DNA of 57,856 nt, filler included, from Catajapyx aquilonaris (Eukaryota): the NCBI GenBank assembly GCA_000934665.2. It is 2 parts of 2 records of this genome, joined end to end, with 100 filler letters (N's around TTAATTAATTAA, not from the genome) between each part and the next. Parts side by side here need not be neighbours in the genome. Positions count along the whole stretch, not along the records: positions 29,000 to 57,856 come from JYFJ02004861.1; 1 more part is not named here. One strand, 5' to 3'. The stretch's first letter is position 1, and each line of letters opens with the position of its first letter. Positions 49,208 through 57,856 of the stretch are shown in pieces. Below the pieces are notes generated by a model, which did not search any database, was not told the DNA's origin, and was given only the letters and a program-made list of their open reading frames with translations. A program made the translations under genes and the position numbers.

Positions 49208-49942
49208 AGCCATATTTATATAAAAGAAATATGTAGTCGTAACGTCGCTCCCTGCATAACTTCGGGGCAGTTATCTCTCTATTCACTTAACCATGACATC
49301 CTTTGGACAACGACTAGTTCACGTAGACAAATTCTGGCCTCACGGAGCAAAATTTCATGCCCAAACTGTTCAGTCATTCAGACAGTGTGATAAACATCTG
49401 TTTTGTTTATTATACACAAGACTGTAGAAAGAAGCCACCTGAATGACTGGACACTTTGTTATGTTTGAAGCTGCCTTTTACAGTTTGAAAACTGGACTGT
49501 ATGATGTGATATTCATTTTTAATTTGCAATTTTATGTGTTGGAACAAAGTTTATAATAATCAGTGTATTATTACTGGAATATTTAACATGCCAATGCATG
49601 AACTGCAGCGGGTTTTGTAGTAAAAGCAAAATTATTTTATGATCACACGCTGAGGTTATAATTGAGTTAAAGCGTTTCAGCAGAGATCGAGGTATTATTA
49701 TCAGACATGATTGAAAATATTAAAACACTGATCACACCCATGTCCTACACCATTGGCTGAACAATAGATAAGACGACTGCAGGTTGAAGGTTCAGCATTT
49801 GTACCTATATATTGGTACTTATAACATCGCAATAAATATGATGATCATATTGCAATATTACATGGTAGTCGTATTGAAGCTTGTTTTATTCATTCGGCTA
49901 TGTGCAGATATTACTCATCAACGGCCGGAAAACTTTGATGTG

Positions 49943-51271
49943 TCAATAAGGACTGCTTGTCTTGTTATAACCGGGAAATTGAAGAAACAAAGGATTTGAG
50001 AGTATGACATGATTTCCACTTGGTGTCTTAATCTTCCAGCCATTATGGTGCTCCTCGTGGAAGTAGACATTGGGATAGTGGATGATTACATGCTTGTTCT
50101 AGGGTTTAGAGGGCAAGGTGGTCAGAAGCAAGATATTTTCAAGGATTCTGATTATCATCAGCATAATGGACGGTAATGGTGAATATGTAGCATTCTCATG
50201 ATGGAATTTGATTACTTGTTTTTTTTCTAATATTTGGCATTAGCTTTATGTTAAGTCGAGTTTGACTTACGCTTGTGTCCTCATCGCTGAAAAAGTTCAG
50301 GTTAAGGTTCCTGGCCAACTTTTTTCCAAGCTTCCGTAATTGTTTATCATTCGGTGAATATCCGCTGATGACTTCCTCTTCCACCATGAATCTGCAGAGA
50401 GAATGCACGTCAGCTCACCATCACTCCAGGTGAAAATAATGATGAAGTGTACCCGCTGAGACTGAGATAATATATGAGTTTTCCTGTGTTGGCCGATCTG
50501 GATTCCAACCGGATGTACAGGTTGTGCAGTGGTCCACTGTACACCAACTCGCCTCTAATGCAGTAAGTGTACTCGTCATTGTTTTGAAACACTGCAAGCT
50601 CTCGGACACCCCTGTTCGTCACAATCAGAATCAAACCACATGCAATTGCCAGTATGCAAAAGAACCATGCGTTATCCGACACATTGTACAATCCTAATTT
50701 CAGGATGGCTACCCCAAGGTAGGTGACTGTCGCTGTGAAGATAAGTATCCCATATATGAATCTGCAAAAAGTCCAGAAATATTTGATTCTAAAATTCCTC
50801 AGTTTTTGGTATGAAATGTACAGGGTGTTCCATATAACTCACACCATGTAGACACAAAGACGCATTGCTTTCGCCTGGAGGGTTTAGAATCGAATTAACT
50901 GCGACAATCAATATTGACACAAAAAAAAGGCAAAGGGAAATCTTGCAGCTCGCATAATCCTGTCTGCACAGACCTAAGCTCTCTCAATATCCATTACGGG
51001 TAATGCTAATAATATTGTAAGTTGACACACTTTATATCTCCAAGCTTCTGCTTATAATGACTTTATGATTTCAATTAATTAATTTGGACTTTCACTTTTT
51101 TTTTCCTTTAAGAGGCGTTACATACTTTTTGTTGATAGTTCGAAGCAAATATGTTCCGTAGTAGATATCATAAAAAGGCCAAATAGGACGGCTTTCCACG
51201 TTCTTCTGCAATATGACCTCAGGATCTTCCCCGCCAATTAGACGAGGAAACCTCCAGTCATCCAGCAACAT
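49943..51271 (-). CDS. TMEM249: TMEM249-like (CatSper auxiliary subunit theta) two-TM protein, 243 aa, 4 exons
   Basis: Exons 51126-51271, 50453-50761, 50271-50391 and 49943-50098 splice in frame (732 nt). Sequence WRFPRLIGGEDPEVIL..PIWPF, two hydrophobic helices, YTYCIRGELVYSGPLHNLYIRL, YYLSLSGF, LGKKLARNLNLNFF..DTSNKHVIIHYP parallels recalled vertebrate TMEM249 ([22 protein letters not shown]...LGRYIARKLNINYFD...SYRHVVRHWP). Confidence 0.8.
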
Positions 51272-52199
51272 CCTGAATCCTCCAAAATGCAAAACACTAT
51301 TATAAACAGATTACTATGGTAGCACTATTAGGATACAAGCGAAAGAAGGAAATGTCGTGACAATAACAGTAAAAATTGTCCTCAAGTCACGACCATTTAT
51401 TTGAGTTTCGCAGCAGCACCTGTCGGTGTATTATTGGATGTCGTGCGAAAGTTCCGGTTTGTCCTGAGGTGACCTCCTTGTGTAGATAAATTTGTTTGAC
51501 CCATCTCTCACGTTCAAATGTGCAGTGTAAGAAGCTGATAATTGTCCTAGTCTGCTTCTTCTGACCTTTCCTTTTCTGCTGGAAGAGAAAGTGATGAAAG
51601 TGAATGAAAATTTAAAGAAAAAAAAACAGCAACAATCCTTTCACTGCACCGGGCCGTTGTTAGATTACAGCTCTTCAAGTGATTTACCAGAACCTTAATT
51701 TCATGGCTAAATTAGCACATTTTTTTTGCCAAAAAGGTCGGGGGTGTTAAGGAAGGCGACAGTTGGTTGCAACTCTTATGAATTTGCACAATATTTTTGC
51801 ATGGGTTATGAATTGCTGCGACGAGTAAACAAATATTTTGCACGCCACGGTCGATTAAGCAGGAAGATTAAGGCTGGAAAGGAAAAGGAAGGGTTGCATA
51901 ATAGGTTATGAAAGTGTCCAATGGGCATTATTTACGCTCGAAAGGTTTTAGACACTTTGGTCAATGGATAGCCTACGTTATCAAATAGCCTATACCAACA
52001 GTAGTCTACCTATGGATTGTAAATAATTTTTTGCACTCATATAATCAAAATTAAGTAACATGCCTGGGTGGAGGCCATACTGTTAATCGCAATCAATTAT
52101 AGCATCATTTTAAAGGCCATACATATGATGACGGGAGAGACGACACGTGGTGTTAACTTGTCGACAGCCAGCTAGCGACTGAGGAGTTCATCCACCCAT

Positions 52200-52337
52200 T
52201 GCGCATGCGCTGAACGAGGGCCAATCGACGCTTCGCGGTAACAATAGACGGGGGCCAATCGACGCTTCGCGGTAACAACAGACGGGGGCCAATCAGAATG
52301 CTTATGCAAACAACGCAAGGATTTTAATATTATAGAT
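52200..52337 (-). repeat. Tandem ~35-bp duplication with three CCAAT motifs, possibly a Helitron-like 5' end
   Basis: gggccaatcgacgcttcgcggtaacaa(t/c)agacgg twice plus a third ggccaatc. tgcgcatgcgc at ~52200. Minus strand begins a|tctataatattaaaat. Confidence 0.5.
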
Positions 52338-55300
52338 GTTCATGTAGCCTATATTCTGAAAAGCTGTGACTTCCATTATTAGTTGATAGCTATTTGAATT
52401 CTTCTGGCCTTCAGCACAAGACAATGTGTGCCACAGCCTCGCCTCCATTATTGACTAACACAATAGTCCATGTAGGGCCAAGGTGCATGACTTAAGTACT
52501 CACGCAAATAATTAAAAACCTGCCAGGGCCGCGACTGGGGGCGTCAAAAGGGCCATCAATATTTCAGAACCTAATTAATCATCAAGAGAGGGGCGGGTCA
52601 TTTCCACAAGGATGGAAAATACGGAAAAGAGAGTTACGTTGCTCGAACTGGCGTGAAATGGCTTGGGACTTATTTGCATACCAATCTCTTAAAAAGCTGT
52701 TAAGAGTTGGTAGTTGGAGCATACCAGTTTGATATCGTACGATAAGGTTGGATTTAATGGAGAAAGTATACTCACCGAGGGAGGTAACGTCTTGAAGTAG
52801 GTCGTGTCATGATGATGTGAGAGTCCCTTTTGCTCGTCTTTCTACTTCCGATGATAACAACATGGAGGAGGGTGTAACAGTGCCATTAGTCCATTATTAT
52901 TATGTTCAAATAGTTTCGTTTAGATTGGACCACTTCTATAATCACGATACAGTTACTGGAGAATACGTGACTCTTTTAATTAGGATTTCTCTTCGACCTG
53001 ACAAGGAGAGTGGACTCTAAGTGATTTATGTATGTCGATATATGGCCAATTGAATGCAGGCGTGAAAATCGATTCAAATGATAACAGTAAATTAAAAAAA
53101 AATCTAATGAACAATTTCATATGATGCAAATATTAATAAAAACATGCAACCTTTATTATGATATTATTTCATTTTTGAAGGAATTTTTTGAGGGCCGAAA
53201 TATTAGGAAAATATCGATTGAATGTTCATCATATAATATCACATAACCATTTGTTGGACAATGTTGCGGATATGATGCAAGTTAAACGTTGCTTGATACT
53301 TTTTTGTCACATTATTACTGATAAAAAAATATGCACTTCCGGATTTTTTGAATGTTGATATTCAAGGTGTAGACTACTCCGGTTGCTGAGGTCGTGCAGT
53401 TTTCACTTTCCAGTATGAGTGTGGTAAAAACGATCGAACACTGCTGTTATACGAGCATGGTAACCTCATTAAAATCTTAGTTAGCACACCTCTCAGTCAG
53501 CTTTCATATTTTCCTATAAATGGAACTCCTTTGATATCTGCCAAAAAAAGCTCACAAAAAATGGCTGACAATTAAAGAAAATGTCGAGTCAGGACGATTT
53601 TGATTTTCAAACGTTGCCAATCTCCAATCAGCGAATCTGGCATTATTGACAATTATTACAGCCGACACGACAAGCTGATTGGATTGTCACCAGAACATGT
53701 CGTGTGAACGCGTCTTTATATTCTGCTTCAGGCCATATAGCTAATTAGGTCGTCTTCTCAACACAATTTCTGACCCGGGAAATGAACAGGGAGAGAAAAG
53801 TATGAATATTAACGTCTCCTAAATTTATTACAGTCATTAAATAATTTCGACAGTAATATATTAATATCCATGTCATGTAGGAGTCAAACAGAAACTTCTA
53901 TTCCGGGCTTTAAAGTGTGAAGGCTCGATATGTTTTCGGCATATTGCACGACTCGGCTAATTAATATTACATGGTTGAATTTTATTACAGCGGCATACAA
54001 TTAATGAATAGGCATGACCACCTCTACGATTCGCTTTCTCTATGATTAAACTGTTAAAAAATTCATCAGCTCTAATTAAGTAGTGAACATACATAATCGA
54101 TAACTGGCATAATTAGAGTTACATAACGAGCGGTTTTTCTCTTTGCATGAAGTCTGGTCTGTTTTGATTGACTTTAAGTGTCGAAGGTCCTTTTTTGCCT
54201 CCAACGCTATCAAGTCATTCAAATCAGTTGGGACGTCAGAAGTGAAGCCTTTTCTTCGCCATTCCTACCATGTTTTATGGGTGCTAATCATCCCAAACAA
54301 CCTCCCATGGCAGCTTCAGCCACTTACGTGGCACGTAAAAGGATTAAGCGCGGTCAGGTTAAGTGGATCAAGCAACCCAAGCTTTGAAAGAAAAATTCAT
54401 TTATGATTAACAACACTATGACGTCATCCTTTCCAAATATTTTTATGTAAGCCGCGTTTAAAAAAAATATTCCACATTGTATTGTGTGTAATAAATTATT
54501 ATTGCCTTTTTCCTGAATTGTTACAGCTACTTCCGGCGCTACATAACCGGTTATAACAATTAAACGTAGATTCGAAAAATTTCAGATCGGACCACCCACG
54601 ATCAGCCATCTTCAATACATGATGTCCACGAGCATCCACTTGGAAGAGCCTACATGATGCCCACGACCATCCATCCACAATACCTGATGTCATCTAGCTT
54701 CTGACAATGTCCTGAGGGAGTCCACATGTTTATTCCGCTCAGGTGCAACATATGAACTGCAAGATTAGGTCGGTTTTTGCTTATGGTCGTCAACCAAGAG
54801 CAATGACTTTGCCACACCCGAGGCCGACGTTCTGTTTCTAAACCAAGGACAGGGCTAACGGGAATTGGATTAAATTTTTTTCTTTCTTCTAACATAACTC
54901 TCTTCCTCCTTCCAGATTTCCATCCTGAGCCAAAGGAGAAAGGAAGGAAGTCGAAGCTGGAGCCGGTCCGTCGGTCATCTCGAGGCGCTTCTGGTCATCT
55001 TTTCCTTTCCCTAGTGAAATCCGGAGGGGGAGGTGGCCGACATTTCACGTGGGCACTAAAAGACTATCCACCCCCGCCTCTTACCTTCCCTCCCCCCTGC
55101 CCCTACCTTCTTAAGACGAAAAAAGATTACTGGAGTCACATGCCGAGAAAGGGGTATAAAAGGAACTGCATTGGCACCTTGGTGCATAGTTGAAAGTAGC
55201 TTGGTGTTGCTTTCGAAGGAAGAGGATTTTACTGGAACAGGAGAACACGGCCGCCGACATGAGAAGAGTAGGTGGATTCTTCAGTTTTGAGGGGGGTTGC

Positions 55301-56889
55301 ATTGTTGCAAGTTGCTGGTGGAATAGGGGGTAACAATCGGGGATTGGATTAGCCAAGAGAGGGAATTTGTTAAGTGGAAATAGCTTGGGAAATAGTGTGT
55401 CCATTATAGAAAAGAAATGCAGGATTTAAATGTCATTTTACTGTCTGCTATACCTGAGGAGGTCATAGTTCATTCTGAAATTGAAAGGTAAATATTTGAC
55501 ATAAAAAGGCAAGGTTGTCCTGAGGGTGTCACATCTTTCATAGATTTTCATTGAAGCCCGTCCGGATCATTACGAAGCACCCTGTTATACATAATAATAA
55601 TAGTAATAGTAATAATGTTTATGTTACTATTTAACATACTTGGGTTGACATTTACAATATTACTACCGGTAGTACAGTAATTTTCTAATGCAAATGTACA
55701 ATAAATATTATGTCGTACTGTACAACTGCCAACATTTTCACAAAAATGGCTTTCATACAGTGTTTGCTCTTACTTTGCTTACAGTGCGTACATGTAGTGT
55801 ACAGTACTTGCCATATATCTTACAGTGTTCCGGAAATGTCCCTTAGGCACTAAATGGAAATCGTCGTACAGTATCAGTAGTTTAGCTTTGCCAGATTTCG
55901 TCAGGTAACTGCGCTGGAAGACAACCAGGCGTAAAAACTTGTGCTATTCCATTAATTCACTTGGGAACCCCCATTTCCACCTAATTGTTTTACGCTGCAG
56001 GACCGCTACAATGGCGATAGCAGACCACGGAGGCATGAAATATGGTGATGGCTACACTAAAATAGAATCAACTATACCATAAGAGCACAAGAATTCTAAC
56101 TTTATACTCATAAATGTTACAGTTATTCAGCTATCTTCCGCAGATTTGAAGTAATTCGGATCTTACCTCGTAATGCATATTCGCGAACACTGTACACTGC
56201 TTAAGCTTATAATGCCCTCATTGACAATAATCATCAGCTCTAAAGCAGTCGCTATGAAAGACTATTCTTTGGATCCTTTTCTTTTGTCTTCACTTTCATA
56301 GACCTGTTTCTAATATATAGGGAGGGCAAGAATGCAGAAAGACTGAAAAAGATATTGGCTTAGGATCGTCACGGTGATTGTCATGCTACAGTATACGCAA
56401 CGTGTGCTTAGTGCATGCAATATAATTATACAGGCATCTCAAATTAGACTAATATGTAACTACCATTACGACGTGTTAAATCAGAAAGTTTCAGCAAGAG
56501 CTGCCTAGAGCGCTATATTGTGAAATCAACTATTGTTGGATATAATACGGGGAAATTGAGCTATAAAATCATCATGATGTGTAACAACCTCATCACCTAC
56601 AATTGCGCAATGACAATTTTCTCTTTTTTAATTTCAGTTACTTCTTCTCGCTGCAATTCTTTGCATCGTGGCCGACCATGTAATTGGAGAGCCTCCAATT
56701 AGTCACGGTAAGTGCTTGTACTTTTTTTTTAAAGAACTATTATTAAGTCATCTCTAAGTAAAAATAAGCCTGCACCATGAGGACTATTACGAATAACCTT
56801 TCACCAAACCAAAGTGAACAGTTCTATAAGAGGTGGTGAATGTTTAATCAGGCGGTGTTTACAGCGTTGTAATGTTAAATAATTTACAG

Positions 56890-57856
56890 GTGGCGGCGGG
56901 TACGGAGGAGGTGGGGGACATGGTGGGGGCGGGGGAGGATACGGAGGAGGAGGTGGTGGTGGTGGCCACAAAAAGGGCCACGGAGGTGGAGGTAAGGAAT
57001 ATTAAATTGAAGCTCATGTGAGTTTGTACTGGGTGATTCTGTGATTCTTGCAGGTGGAGGTTACGGAGGAGGAGGTGGTGGTCACGGAGGAGGTGGTGGT
57101 GGTCACGGAGGAGGTGGTGGTGGTCACGGAGGAGGCGGATACGGAGGCGGGGGAGGCGGTGGTCACAAGAAGGGGCACGGAGGCGGAGGAGGACATGGTA
57201 TTATATCAATATCATATAGTAAGAGTAATTTCATTTTTAAAACATTTCGAGTGGTCCAGAACCAGAAACGAGAACGAGTGGTCACAAGAATGGTTTTGAA
57301 ATGAAATCCAAGCCATAAAGCGTAACAAAACGAAAGGCGCTTTAAGTTACATGCTCTCAACTAGTCTGTAGTTACTGCTTAATTAAACATTGCCGGAATT
57401 TCTGAGGTAACCCTACACTCTAACACCTGCTGCGGTTATTGGGCGCTTACTTTCCCGTGGTCTACAAGTTCATCCTAAATGTAAGACCTTGTCTTGTTGG
57501 GAGAGGAGTCTTGCGGGTGACCCTGGAGAGTAAGGATAAACACAGGATTAAAGTTTCATGAGCAAATATTTACATGGCCCTTCCTTCACGATTCTTGGAT
57601 AATGGTATGCTTGGGTATCGGTTATTCTAAGCCAGACCATATAGAACCAATGTGACTCTGATCGTTCTGCGCTTCAGTTAGGCTGCTCATTATTATGCAT
57701 CATCATATGCAATGTGATTACGGATTAAAATATTGTCACTTTTTCGCAGGCGGAGGAGGAGGCGGGGGATATGGGGGAGGCGGTCATGGCGGAGGAGGTG
57801 GCGGTCATGGGGGAGGCGGAGGTGGATACGGAGGTGGTGGCCACGGAGGGGGAGGC
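56890..57856 (+). CDS. Gly/His/Tyr-rich repeat protein (cuticular or glycine-rich antimicrobial-like), partial
   Basis: Exons 56890-56991 (102 nt), 57054-57197 (144 nt) and 57750-end, all phase 1, encoding GGGYGGGGGHGG and GGHKKGHGG repeats. 5' exon uncertain (possible MAIADHGG at ~56011). Continues past the window. Confidence 0.75.

Noticed and set aside
54499..55404. Short minus-strand ORFs in the intergenic region
   Set aside because: No identifiable motifs or splice-consistent structure. Likely decayed repeat sequence.

Overview
Eukaryotic genomic DNA, most likely an arthropod/insect (inferred from gene sequences, SINE type and ~50-90 bp introns). The window is two contigs joined by an artificial 100-bp spacer (44 N + TTAATTAATTAA + 44 N, 28900-28999). 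Seven intron-containing host genes can be read: mitochondrial acyl-CoA synthetase ACSF2 (+), DHODH (+), the kinase-domain half of TAK1/MAP3K7 (-, cut by the spacer), Dopey-1 (-), SMCR8 (+, head-to-head with Dopey), a TMEM249/CatSper-theta-like gene (-) and a Gly/His-rich repeat protein (+, running off the end). Intergenic DNA and the long introns are packed with nested transposons: two SINE families, Tc1/mariner-, hAT-, piggyBac-, Kolobok- and Harbinger-type MITEs, long foldback elements, LINE relics and a full-length, intron-containing, pseudogenised Mutator (FLYWCH+DDE) element. Most notable: (1) one unusually long, apparently TE-free Dopey intron holding a well-formed 12-nt microexon candidate, a 48-nt stop-containing exon candidate and four RBFOX motifs; (2) an intact CatSper auxiliary-subunit homologue in an apparent arthropod; (3) a MITE resembling mammalian Tigger4/Zombi; (4) a family of almost fully palindromic ~380-bp foldback elements. 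Family assignments come from recalled sequence knowledge, not database searches.
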